DNA from: a virus
Taxonomy: Duplodnaviria > Caudoviricetes
Length of the DNA: 28,859 nucleotides
Reading direction: 5' to 3' (one strand)
Virus record (IMG/VR): IMGVR_UViG_3300043416_000141
Location: 1-28,859 of that record
Shown here: positions 6,729-15,334 of the stretch, one piece after another
How positions within the stretch are numbered: the first letter of the stretch is position 1
Layout of the letters: each line of letters opens with the position of its first letter
Translations under genes and position numbers: made by a program
Notes under the pieces: model-generated
What the model was told of the DNA's origin: nothing
Seen by the model: only the letters and a program-made list of their open reading frames with translations
Database searches by the model: none

Positions 6729-6790
6729 GGTTTGGAGAGTTGTGCGCGTTGGCCAGTCGCGCCCCTGGTTGGGTGGTATTGGCCCCACCC
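6729..6790 (-). promoter_or_regulatory. Structured 5' leader (hairpin + H-type pseudoknot), copy 2
   Basis: Hairpin GGGUGG/CCACCC at 6771-6790, then CCAG..GCGCG A CUGG CCAA CGCGC ACAACUCUC before the ATG. Confidence 0.5.
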
Positions 6791-6803
6791 GGGCCTAAAG
6801 TTG

Positions 6804-7049
6804 TCACAGAGCGGCGGTCCAGTTGTCCTGGATGAATTGGTAGATGGAATCCATCAGCGACTCGTCGTCTCCAAAGATTCCGCGGCCTCGAGGCTCCTGC
6901 ATATGCTGGAAGTCGATGTCGACGTCAGGGAATTGGCTTCGGATCATAGTCTCCAGGTTGCCGATGATGCGATAGACGTCGGCCTCGGTGGCGGTGCTGC
7001 CCCAATAGGAGGTCTCGGTCGGAAGTTGGACGGTGATGATGTTGCTCAT
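6804..7049 (-). CDS. Acidic early hypothetical protein (81 aa)
   Basis: ATG 7049 (MSNIITVQLP) follows the repeated leader. Confidence 0.7.
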   Translation of the reverse strand: MSNIITVQLPTETSYWGSTATEADVYRIIGNLETMIRSQFPDVDIDFQHMQEPRGRGIFGDDESLMDSIYQFIQDNWTAAL

Positions 7050-7083
7050 GGTTTGCTTTGGTTCGCTGTTGTTGCCTTCGATG
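7040..7083. repeat. Leader/start direct repeat, copy A
   Basis: tgttgctcatggtttgctttggttcgctgttgttgccttcgatg versus 7290-7336: three substitutions and one 3-nt indel. Confidence 0.9.
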
Positions 7084-7089
7084 CAGAGG

Positions 7090-7299
7090 TCAAACCAACC
7101 AAGCCGGTGACCAGCCCTCAGAGTTTGCTTCCTGTTCTGGCGTAAGAAGAACTGCAATGACGTTGTCCCAAGTTGCTCGGATAAACGCGATTTCGGGAGC
7201 GTTGAAATGCGTGGTAGGCTCGGTGGTGCCGAACGATTTACCATCCCAGTACAATCCAGTGATGGCGCTTTTGGCGAAGAATTTAGAGGTGTTGCTCAT
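7090..7299 (-). CDS. First early gene, hypothetical protein (69 aa)
   Basis: ATG after the repeated leader; lies between the two repeat copies. Confidence 0.7.
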   Translation of the reverse strand: MSNTSKFFAKSAITGLYWDGKSFGTTEPTTHFNAPEIAFIRATWDNVIAVLLTPEQEANSEGWSPAWLV

Positions 7300-7336
7300 G
7301 TTTTGCTTTGGTTTGCTGTTGTTGTTGCCTTCGACG
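7290..7336. repeat. Leader/start direct repeat, copy B
   Basis: See copy A. Confidence 0.9.
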
Positions 7337-7341
7337 TAATC

Positions 7342-7394
7342 AAGATGGGCGATTCCACGCCTTCCGTCTACAGAGAAAACTGTTTTTCTGTAGA
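7342..7394 (-). promoter_or_regulatory. Candidate early promoter with overlapping palindrome
   Basis: TAGACG (7370-7365)-N17-CATCTT (7347-7342). The imperfect inverted repeat TCTACAG...CTGTAGA at 7367-7394 overlaps the -35 and has A/T tracts. Confidence 0.5.
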
Positions 7395-7434
7395 TTTGAA
7401 AGAAAACCCAATGTTTGCAGGGTTCAAACAGGGG

Positions 7435-10173
7435 TCAAATTCCCTTTAGATCAACGAAGCTCAGGGTCATGTATTCCTGAGCGTTGGCCGTTGCGTCGAA
7501 GTAGGAGATGACCTTCTGGGTCTCTCGTTGCGAGTAGCTCCGGTACGGCTTTACCCGGGTCGCAACCACCGCAGGGAACTCGGTAGGCTGGCCGTTTTCA
7601 GTCTGCCAGTTGCCCGACGTGAAGCCAAACTTGCGGCACCAGGTCTGCAAGTTCTGAGGCGGTACGAAGAAATACTCGGTCGAGAAGCTGTCCTCGCCGC
7701 GGAAGCATTGGACGCCCTGGCCGCTTAAAAGATCGTAGCCAGCCTGGTCTAAATACCAGGCATCCAGGTCGAAGTCGGGCTCGTACCCGGTGCCAAAGAA
7801 TGTGGGAAGGCGCGGGGCGAAGTTCTGCGTGCACAAGCACGGCGACTGCGTCCAAGAATCGAGGCGCCATTGCAGCAGGTTCCACAACCAGGCGCTCTTC
7901 GGGATCTTGTGGAAGAATGGGCCGCAGCCTGGTCCGCCGTTTAAAAGGTTACGGGCGACATAGGGTATCGCGAAAATGTAGGTGTTACCTTCCCAGTCAA
8001 ACTTGATGGACGTCAGATAATCAGCGTTTGCATTGACCGGCGAAGCCATTGAAAGCGGAAGTGTTGAAGCAAACCGGGCATTTCGTCGGTCTTTGAACAC
8101 GTCGTCGACGGCGACCTTAACCACGGTGACGAATGAGGAATTAGGCCCGTCGGGTTTGACGGCGAACTTCGGAGTTTTGTTTGGACTACCCAGGATCCGA
8201 ACCGAGGCATCCACACCGTTTGGACCGCCCCACTTGTTGACCCAGAAGTCGGCCTCGTAGCCACCGTTTGATTGATAGTCAGGGTCGCCATAGGTAGCTC
8301 GCATCAGCTCGTTGTCGTAGTTGCCCGAGCTGAAGCCCCAAGGCCCTCCTGGCGGGATGTAGGCCGCATTGATGGCCCCTTGAAAGATTGTCGACGAGGT
8401 TGGAATCGAGTCCCCGATCTTGGTGGGGAACATATTCTGCCACGGTATCCCAGGAGATGTTGCTCCTGAATTTCTCGATGGAGCGATGAGGACCGTGTCG
8501 GTTTTGGATTCGAAATAGAAGTCGGTCCATGCACCGACGCCATAGCCTGCATTTCGGCTTTTGACGTAAAGCTGTGTAGACGTCGCGTAGGCTTCGAAAT
8601 CAATCAGCAGATTACCGTCGATGCCTATCGGGCTTCCTACGCTACAGGCCAGCCCCTGGGGCGTAAGCCTGAGTAGGCCGACCCGATCCTCGGTGATGTC
8701 GTGGACGTCGTCGTAGTTGGCAAGGAATCCAGCTTCAACAGCCAGCTTTCGGCGCACATCCAGCGCCTTGTCAAAGATCGTTGCCTCATTGCCGGCAGAC
8801 CAGAATGAGCTGGTGCCGCTGGATGGAGGGTAGACCGTCGAAATTGTTATCGGTGTCGTGCTAATCTCCCAGACTGGACTCTCTCCGTTGTTGAAGATGT
8901 TGCAGTCGATGGGTGTGATTTGGAAGTAACCGCGGCGGCTGGTGAGGGTGATGCTGGTCGGGTTTTGGACGACAGTAATGCCAAGCGCTTCCAGCCTTTG
9001 GACTAAGCTCCCAACACCCGGGAAGTTAACTTCGCGATCCTCATAGGTCGGATTGGTGCCATTTGGGTCGATGGTGTATCTGACCTGTGCACGTCCCCAG
9101 GTAAACACCAGGTCGCCGAGCTGCTGCCTGTGGTCGCCTGGGTCGGCGTAGGTCTGGGGGTAAACCTGCCGGATGTCGTGATGCACCGTCGGGTCGATCT
9201 GGGCGCCCATCGTGTGCAGCCAGTCGAACATCAAGAACGGGTTGGCGACGTTGTTGGCCTGGGCCGATCTTTCGAGGGCCAGGAATGGCGAGGTGTTGGG
9301 TATCTGCCAGCTCGGCGGTCCCTCAGCGAAATACGGCACGTCCCCAGGGAAGTACGGGAAGAAATGGTAACAGAAACCACCGTTAGGCCAGCGCGTGGCC
9401 CAGGTGCCGTCCTGTCGGCGTCGGAAGGCTCGCACCTGCCCTGGGCCTACGAACTGCCTGTCGGCGTTGCCATCGGGTAGCTGTAGCAACACCTGCACGG
9501 TGGTGGTGCCGCAGTTGTGCACCCGCCAGCAGTCGTAGCGCTGGTAGGTGTTGAGGATGCGGAAGACCTCGAGGCCCTCGATGGCGATCTCAGCCACAGC
9601 GAGCCGGTGCTTGTGGATCCGACCAGGAGGCAGTGTGGGATCGGATGGGCCGAGGCTGCCTCGGACATAGGACGTCAGGCCTGAGCCGGCCTGAGGATCC
9701 CAGCCGAGGTGCACGTCGTACTGGATGCCGGCCACCTCACGGCGTAACAGCTCGAAGCTGTAGTGGATTTTTTCGACTTTGCAGGTAAACGGATCTCCTA
9801 CGGTGCTGTGATGGTCGACGTACACCTGGCCGCCGGCCACATCGAGGTGCTTGTTCTCTAGTTTGGACAGCTCGATCTGGGCGGCCACCTGGTTGTGCTC
9901 GTCTCGGTAGTACCCGATTCCAGGGATTGAAGGGTCAGGCACGCCTCCATCGTCATGCAGGCGCATAGCCGTCTCAGGATCGTTCCGGTAGACATACCAC
10001 ACACCGTAAGGGAACGGCGCTGACCATTGATCGAACGGGCTAAATCTCGATTGAGCCCACAGCGGCCCCATCTCATTCAGGGCTGCGTGGCATTTTGCGT
10101 CGAACCGGCTGTACAAGGTGTTCAGGTTGTAGGCCGTGAACATCTTGTCTTTCCTGTCGGTAGCGTATGGCAT
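7435..10173 (-). CDS. Large virion protein, probable tail tip / receptor-binding protein (912 aa)
   Basis: Last gene of the tail module; rich in Gly/Pro/aromatics; no enzyme motif recognised. Confidence 0.55.
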   Translation of the reverse strand: MPYATDRKDKMFTAYNLNTLYSRFDAKCHAALNEMGPLWAQSRFSPFDQWSAPFPYGVWYVYRNDPETAMRLHDDGGVPDPSIPGIGYYRDEHNQVAAQIELSKLENKHLDVAGGQVYVDHHSTVGDPFTCKVEKIHYSFELLRREVAGIQYDVHLGWDPQAGSGLTSYVRGSLGPSDPTLPPGRIHKHRLAVAEIAIEGLEVFRILNTYQRYDCWRVHNCGTTTVQVLLQLPDGNADRQFVGPGQVRAFRRRQDGTWATRWPNGGFCYHFFPYFPGDVPYFAEGPPSWQIPNTSPFLALERSAQANNVANPFLMFDWLHTMGAQIDPTVHHDIRQVYPQTYADPGDHRQQLGDLVFTWGRAQVRYTIDPNGTNPTYEDREVNFPGVGSLVQRLEALGITVVQNPTSITLTSRRGYFQITPIDCNIFNNGESPVWEISTTPITISTVYPPSSGTSSFWSAGNEATIFDKALDVRRKLAVEAGFLANYDDVHDITEDRVGLLRLTPQGLACSVGSPIGIDGNLLIDFEAYATSTQLYVKSRNAGYGVGAWTDFYFESKTDTVLIAPSRNSGATSPGIPWQNMFPTKIGDSIPTSSTIFQGAINAAYIPPGGPWGFSSGNYDNELMRATYGDPDYQSNGGYEADFWVNKWGGPNGVDASVRILGSPNKTPKFAVKPDGPNSSFVTVVKVAVDDVFKDRRNARFASTLPLSMASPVNANADYLTSIKFDWEGNTYIFAIPYVARNLLNGGPGCGPFFHKIPKSAWLWNLLQWRLDSWTQSPCLCTQNFAPRLPTFFGTGYEPDFDLDAWYLDQAGYDLLSGQGVQCFRGEDSFSTEYFFVPPQNLQTWCRKFGFTSGNWQTENGQPTEFPAVVATRVKPYRSYSQRETQKVISYFDATANAQEYMTLSFVDLKGI

Positions 10174-10176
10174 GGG

Positions 10177-10386
10177 TCAATAGAACCAGGACTCCTCGGA
10201 GGTCTGCACCGTAGTCGACATCACCGCGGTCTTTAGAGTCGTGCCGTTGGCGTTCTGCTCGACCCGTTGGCCAGGCCCGGCGATTAGCTGGGACCGTCGA
10301 ACGGCCTCGATGAGCTGGTTAATGGCCCGGGCATGATCTGCCTTAAGGCCGGTCTCGGCCAGTTTGGAGGGCAGTTGAATGGCCAT
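10177..10386 (-). CDS. Small tail-tip associated protein (69 aa)
   Basis: A..INQLIEAVRR helix followed by PG.RV.Q..NGT strands; position in the tail module. Confidence 0.55.
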   Translation of the reverse strand: MAIQLPSKLAETGLKADHARAINQLIEAVRRSQLIAGPGQRVEQNANGTTLKTAVMSTTVQTSEESWFY

Positions 10387-10392
10387 GGCTGG

Positions 10393-10749
10393 TTAGATCT
10401 CGCAGAACTGAGCGAAGATCTTTACAGAGCTGTTGCTGGCTTTGACGTACATCGTAGCGTCGACCCACGGGATCAGGATGAACTGCCCGGCTGGGATTTG
10501 GAACGAGTACGGTGAGGAAGGTCCGATAGAGACCGGGTTGACTAGGTCTAGGTTGACCACCAGGAGGCGATAGGGTGTAGACAGATCAGCGGTGAGGTCC
10601 AGAACCTCGTCGCTTGTACCGACCACCTGGGTCTGCTGCCCCATGTCGGTGCCGGTCATGTTGGCAATAGCGCTGTAGGACAGTGAGTTGATTACGGCGC
10701 CGCCCTTGGAGGCGTAAAGCCGCGCGGACATCTCGACTTCGTTTGCCAT
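10393..10749 (-). CDS. Beta-rich virion protein, paralog 2 (118 aa)
   Basis: Colinear similarity to 10762..11136. Confidence 0.75.
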   Translation of the reverse strand: MANEVEMSARLYASKGGAVINSLSYSAIANMTGTDMGQQTQVVGTSDEVLDLTADLSTPYRLLVVNLDLVNPVSIGPSSPYSFQIPAGQFILIPWVDATMYVKASNSSVKIFAQFCEI

Positions 10750-10761
10750 AGGGTTGGTGCG

Positions 10762-11136
10762 TTAAATCTCGCAGAAGGTGGCCTGGATGGTCACCGCGGA
10801 GGTGTTGGCAATCAGGTAGAGGTTCGTGTTGATGTACGGGATCAGCATGGTCTCGCCTGCCGGTAAGCGCATCGTGCCGGCACCCGCGGCGAAGCCAGAG
10901 GTGAACGACAGCTCGACGTAGTTGGTCGAGTCTAGGTTGGAGATCAGCACCTTGTAGGGGCTGGTCACGTCGACAGGAACGTCTAGGGTCTCAGAAGATG
11001 CGGTGCCGATGGCCTGAGTCTGGCTGCCCATGTCGGTGCCGACCATGGTGGCGCTCTTGGTGTAGGTGACCGAGGGTAGGTAAGCGCCGTTTTTAGAGGC
11101 GTACAACCGGGCCGTCATTTGGATTTCGTCTGCCAT
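10762..11136 (-). CDS. Beta-rich virion protein, paralog 1 (124 aa)
   Basis: Shares ARLYASK.GA, M.GTDMG.QTQ, NLD..N.V and FCEI with its neighbour. Confidence 0.75.
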   Translation of the reverse strand: MADEIQMTARLYASKNGAYLPSVTYTKSATMVGTDMGSQTQAIGTASSETLDVPVDVTSPYKVLISNLDSTNYVELSFTSGFAAGAGTMRLPAGETMLIPYINTNLYLIANTSAVTIQATFCEI

Positions 11137-11159
11137 AGTGTGTGTTTTTTAAAGGTTAC

Positions 11160-11996
11160 TCAGAAGAACGGGTAAATGAGTGTGTCGTAAGGTGCGAAAG
11201 TCCATGCGATGACCTGCTCAACCTGGTTGGTTTTGGTTATCAGGCTGGTCGAGTAGTTTGTCTGTTTCCAGCCCCAGACGGTGCCGAAGGGCGCCAAGAC
11301 TGCCCCGGTGGCTTGATCTTTGGGAATTTTGGGAAGCATTTGTTGCACAGATAGTGGCAGATTCCAATTCTGAGCAAACGATTCGACCGTGTAGACAGGC
11401 GGTATTCCGTTAGGAATTTGAGGCAGGCCTAGATTTCCGGAAAAAGTGGCTATCCTGGTCAGACTGACTCGGGCAATAGGGAACGTGTCTTGGCCGCGGT
11501 AGAGCATCTGCCAGACTTTAAGCGCCATCGGATAACGAGCTGGATCTGCCAGGTTAGTATCTCTCTGAGATAAAACCTCACCGTTTTTAGCTGCTGTCTC
11601 AATGACGAACTTGTAGAGGTTTGGATTCCCTGTCGAGTTAGCCTCCTTGTCGACTGCCGGCAGAGCAAACACCGAGACATCGAGGTAGTCCGTGCGGAAC
11701 TCGTAGCGGATGTCTGCTATTTCTCCAGGCAGCGGTGCCGACTGGTCTTGGATTGGTGTACCCGGGTCGAAGGAACTTCCTCCGATTGTGACGGTGGCCT
11801 CGGAATAGGGGCCGTCCTCGCGGATGCTGTATTTGGCGCCCAGGGCCACCCATTGGGCCGATGCGATGCGGAGGGTGTCCTTGTCTCCGCGGAAAACTAA
11901 CTGCACCACCCGGCCGTTGCCGTTGTTGTCGTAGGCGCGGCTGACCTCGATGTATTCGCCGGCTGTCGGATTGGGGATGCCTTGGATTGTTGCCAT
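11160..11996 (-). CDS. Tail protein downstream of the tape measure (distal tail / hub-like)
   Basis: Synteny only; beta-rich, 278 aa. Confidence 0.5.
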   Translation of the reverse strand: MATIQGIPNPTAGEYIEVSRAYDNNGNGRVVQLVFRGDKDTLRIASAQWVALGAKYSIREDGPYSEATVTIGGSSFDPGTPIQDQSAPLPGEIADIRYEFRTDYLDVSVFALPAVDKEANSTGNPNLYKFVIETAAKNGEVLSQRDTNLADPARYPMALKVWQMLYRGQDTFPIARVSLTRIATFSGNLGLPQIPNGIPPVYTVESFAQNWNLPLSVQQMLPKIPKDQATGAVLAPFGTVWGWKQTNYSTSLITKTNQVEQVIAWTFAPYDTLIYPFF

Positions 11997-11997
11997 G

Positions 11998-12993
11998 TTA
12001 TTCGACAGCCTGAGCTGTTCTGCCGGTGTTTACTCGGATTGCACGGGTCTCGTTGGTCTGGATCTTGATTTGACCCACAAGGGTGTTAACCCATCCAGGA
12101 GGCGCTTCCGTTGAGAACATTGAGGTCTCGCGTTTTACCCTGCTGTCTATTGTGCCAATGGCGCCGCGTTGGATCGGTAATGCCTCGAAACTTCTGTTAA
12201 CATCTTGAGGTGAAGCAAACGCTTCTTGAAAACTGGCTTTTAATATTGATCCCTTGCCTCCCAGTGTTTGAAAGAAGCCAGTTAATCCATCTTCCATGGT
12301 TGCAGCATCTTTAGCGGCACGCTCAACTGCGTCTGCAAAGAAGTTGATCTCAGGAACTGCTGACAGAATGATGGTCCGCTTTATCTCGTCTACGCGATCA
12401 GCCAATTTTCCAATAGAATCAATTTGCTCTTTTGAGATCAGATTGATCGGACCGATCTCCTTGATCTTAGCCATTGCACCCGCGGCCTTGAATGCCTTCT
12501 CGCCGAGGATCGCAATCATAGCCGCCTGTGTCTGAGCACTGCTGCCTGCATCCTTGTGGGCCTGACCCATTCTTGAGATCAGGTCGATGTTCGAGATGCT
12601 CTTGTTGTTAAGTTCAGCGACTGAAAATCCAAGCGCTTGGAAGTATTCCCGGGCCTTTCCTCCCTCCTCAATAGCCTTGAGACGCTCCTGGCCGACTGCT
12701 GTGATCGACTTGGCCATGGCCTCGAAGGAAACACCTGTTTGGCCTGCCAGCACCTGGAGGCGCTGGACGTCGTCGGTGCTAATGTTGAGTTGCTCGGAAA
12801 GGTCTCCAATGGCGTCGACTGTCTCGACCACCTTTGAGACAAAAGAGCCAATGGCAGCAACAGACAGTGCAGCGCCTAACTGCATACCAACGGATGATCG
12901 GAACTTGTCGGTCACGCTGGAGGCTCGTTTAAGGCCGCTTTCGTAGGCCGAACCGTCCAGGCCGAGCTTTGCGATGAGTGAGAAAATGGCCAT
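11998..12993 (-). CDS. Tail tape measure protein (short, 331 aa)
   Basis: L.AKLGLDGS.Y..GL N-terminus, DLSEQLNISTDDVQRL motif, Ala-rich helices; follows the tube and chaperone genes. Confidence 0.75.
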   Translation of the reverse strand: MAIFSLIAKLGLDGSAYESGLKRASSVTDKFRSSVGMQLGAALSVAAIGSFVSKVVETVDAIGDLSEQLNISTDDVQRLQVLAGQTGVSFEAMAKSITAVGQERLKAIEEGGKAREYFQALGFSVAELNNKSISNIDLISRMGQAHKDAGSSAQTQAAMIAILGEKAFKAAGAMAKIKEIGPINLISKEQIDSIGKLADRVDEIKRTIILSAVPEINFFADAVERAAKDAATMEDGLTGFFQTLGGKGSILKASFQEAFASPQDVNRSFEALPIQRGAIGTIDSRVKRETSMFSTEAPPGWVNTLVGQIKIQTNETRAIRVNTGRTAQAVE

Positions 12994-12996
12994 TTG

Positions 12997-13563
12997 TTAG
13001 TTCCTTACTGTCTCCCGTTCTTGACCTAGGCGCCAGAGGGCATCGTTCTTATCGTTCCACAGCTCGACCTGACCGTGCATTTCTGCATTGGTCAGGAAGA
13101 ACCTTTCGGCATCGCTCACCGGCATATTTAGAACCGTCTCCTCGGTAAATCCAATGTCGATCAGGCCGACCACCAGTCTTTCGGGCCAGGGCATAGCTGC
13201 CTCCCTGGATCCTGCACCGGGCTGCCTCAGAACCTCGGGACAGTCGGATTTGTCTCCGATCCACTCCTGGAGGATTTGGCATTCCTTGACCAGGTCGGAC
13301 TTGCTGACCTTCTTACGCATCAGCCGGAGCGGCACCCACCGGAACACCGAGGCCATGGTCTTGATAGACTCCTCGGCGGATTGGCTGCACACGACGACAG
13401 CCTCGACCAGGTCGTTAGCGGTGGCCCGGCCTCCGGTGACGAAGGGCGATCCCAGACGATGCAGCAGGATGGCGTGGCCGACAGTAAAGGGCACCATGCG
13501 GAGCCCGATCACCATCGGACAGGGCTTGGCTGTTGCGCTTAGGATGGCGGCCAGGCTGCTCAC
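12997..13563 (-). CDS. Probable tail assembly chaperone
   Basis: Lies between the tube and TMP genes; C-terminal G.TEE.VLNMP motif resembles gpT-like parts. Confidence 0.5.
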   Translation of the reverse strand: MSSLAAILSATAKPCPMVIGLRMVPFTVGHAILLHRLGSPFVTGGRATANDLVEAVVVCSQSAEESIKTMASVFRWVPLRLMRKKVSKSDLVKECQILQEWIGDKSDCPEVLRQPGAGSREAAMPWPERLVVGLIDIGFTEETVLNMPVSDAERFFLTNAEMHGQVELWNDKNDALWRLGQERETVRN

Positions 13564-14027
13564 ACGTTCAGGGCGACAGCGGCGCCGGTGGTGAGGTTCT
13601 TGTACTTCTTAACGGTGATCGAGACCATAGCCTTGCCGCTCTGGGTCATTTTGACCGATCCCCCGCCGCCGTAGATGAACCGGCCGGTGTTCAAGATATT
13701 AGCGGTTCCCATCATTGAAATATTTGGGGCTCCAGAAATCGCCACGGTGCCATTAACCGGAGCCAGGGAGCAGAATGCTAAGGCGGCGGTGGCATCGGCA
13801 CCAGAAGGGATGAGGTTAAGATTGAGGGTCACGCGTTCGTTGTAGCCGATGTGACCGACCACCTCGCCGCCGGAATTGCGGACCTCCTCGGTGTCGGCTT
13901 CATGAGTGATGTCATAACTCTCAATCGAAGCCAGGGCACTGAAAACTGCGTCTACGTTGTTGATGCCATACATGGTCACCGAAGCCGGTGAACCAAATTG
14001 GTATGCGAGTCCTTGTGAATTAGCCAT
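13560..14027 (-). CDS. Major tail tube protein
   Basis: 155 aa, beta-strand pattern with a long loop (EEVRNSGGEVVG), canonical position. Confidence 0.65.
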   Translation of the reverse strand: MANSQGLAYQFGSPASVTMYGINNVDAVFSALASIESYDITHEADTEEVRNSGGEVVGHIGYNERVTLNLNLIPSGADATAALAFCSLAPVNGTVAISGAPNISMMGTANILNTGRFIYGGGGSVKMTQSGKAMVSITVKKYKNLTTGAAVALNV

Positions 14028-14039
14028 GTGTGTGGGTGG

Positions 14040-14522
14040 TTAGAGTGTTGCGGAACAGTAGAGGGTGAAGGTCCTGGTAAACGTCCTGGACCGATTAGAG
14101 ATTGAGGATGCCCCAAAGTCCAGAGGGGCGGCGAATTGCGCCGTAAAGGGGCCGCTGGGATCGTTTGATGGTGCATTAAGGGCAGAGGCCCCGGTGTCGT
14201 CGAAGAGCGGCAGGATCAAGTTGTCGAGCACCTGGACCGTGGTCAGCACAGCAGCCTCGTCGGTGTCGTCGGCCGATAACTGCAACTCGACGGCGATCTC
14301 GACCTCACAGGTTAAGTCGGTGCGCTGCATTGGCCTGGCTGAGTTGGTTGAGACAACCAGGCGCGGGAAGTTGGGCATGACGTCCTGATCGTCTGGGTCG
14401 TCGTATAGGCCGCGGCTGTAGGACGTCAGGCAGGTCGGTGTGCCGGCGCCGGAGGCAGACCAGTTGGCGGCTGCCAGGTAGTCGGCGACTGCAAGTTCAG
14501 CTCTTAGGGCGACGGCGTTCAT
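14040..14522 (-). CDS. Tail terminator-like protein
   Basis: FPRLVV motif and position directly upstream of the tube gene. Confidence 0.55.
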   Translation of the reverse strand: MNAVALRAELAVADYLAAANWSASGAGTPTCLTSYSRGLYDDPDDQDVMPNFPRLVVSTNSARPMQRTDLTCEVEIAVELQLSADDTDEAAVLTTVQVLDNLILPLFDDTGASALNAPSNDPSGPFTAQFAAPLDFGASSISNRSRTFTRTFTLYCSATL

Positions 14523-15334
14523 TTGATTGAGATTCCGTTGTCTTCGAGCACCTTGCCGTTAGCCAGGAGGGCCTCGGTCATGTGGTTGATCATTTCCGTC
14601 GTCTCGTCGTCCATGGCCTTCTGCATGGCGGTGTTGTAAATTTCAGATACCCGGTTGTATTGATTGTCTGCAACACCTGTGCGCATCGAAACAAAAGCGG
14701 TGGGATTGAATCCAGGAACCGCTTGGAATCCATGTGCAACGGTGCCTTTGTGGATGCCTACATTCTCTTGAGGAAGACCATATTCATTGGCCATTGCAAC
14801 TAAAGCGCTGTTTGTTTTCTTTGGCGCTCTGTAGCTGGCAGGTTTAGAAAGCGGTTTCCATTTAGGACTTTGAAATTGAGTGAATCCTCGGTTGTAGATT
14901 CTGATAGATTTTACTACTGCGGACCTTAGGTATCCAACCGATGCGATGGATCTCTTCATCAGCGCCGAGGCGGCTGCTTTCATTGCTTTTCCGTAAAGAC
15001 CGTGACCTCCGTTTAGGTTTACTGTTGGGTTTTTAGCGGCTTTTGCTTGAACGATAAGGTGGACTCTCCTGAGAATCCTTGAGGTTCCGATGCGCTTACC
15101 AGTCTTCTTAGATTTTCTGTTTATGTTTCCGGCAGGTGCCCCTAAATAGTCGGCGATCCTTCGGCGCTCCTGGCCCGGGCTCTTGGGCGGCACCAGGACG
15201 AACAGTCGGACCATCAAATAAAAGAACCGGCTGTTGATCGCCTTGTGAAGATCTCGGGAGGTCGTCAGCAGATACTGCTTCATGGCAAGGTCGAACTTGC
15301 CGCTGTCGACCGTCATGTTGACTCCGAATTTCAC
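14519..15334 (-). CDS. Basic tail-completion / neck protein (HK97 gp10- or lambda gpZ-like position)
   Basis: K/R-rich; G.LRS motif; lies between head closure and terminator genes. Confidence 0.5.
   Translation of the reverse strand: MKFGVNMTVDSGKFDLAMKQYLLTTSRDLHKAINSRFFYLMVRLFVLVPPKSPGQERRRIADYLGAPAGNINRKSKKTGKRIGTSRILRRVHLIVQAKAAKNPTVNLNGGHGLYGKAMKAAASALMKRSIASVGYLRSAVVKSIRIYNRGFTQFQSPKWKPLSKPASYRAPKKTNSALVAMANEYGLPQENVGIHKGTVAHGFQAVPGFNPTAFVSMRTGVADNQYNRVSEIYNTAMQKAMDDETTEMINHMTEALLANGKVLEDNGISIK

Noticed and set aside
7105-7121. ctgagggctgg(t/a)ca(c/t)cg similarity to 2103-2119 as a shared promoter motif
   Set aside because: Short match, no convincing -10 at the 7.1-kb copy, which lies inside a CDS; may be chance.
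7040-7336. Repeat pair as a mini-CRISPR array
   Set aside because: Only two copies, ~200 bp between them containing an ORF, repeats include the start codon, and no cas genes.
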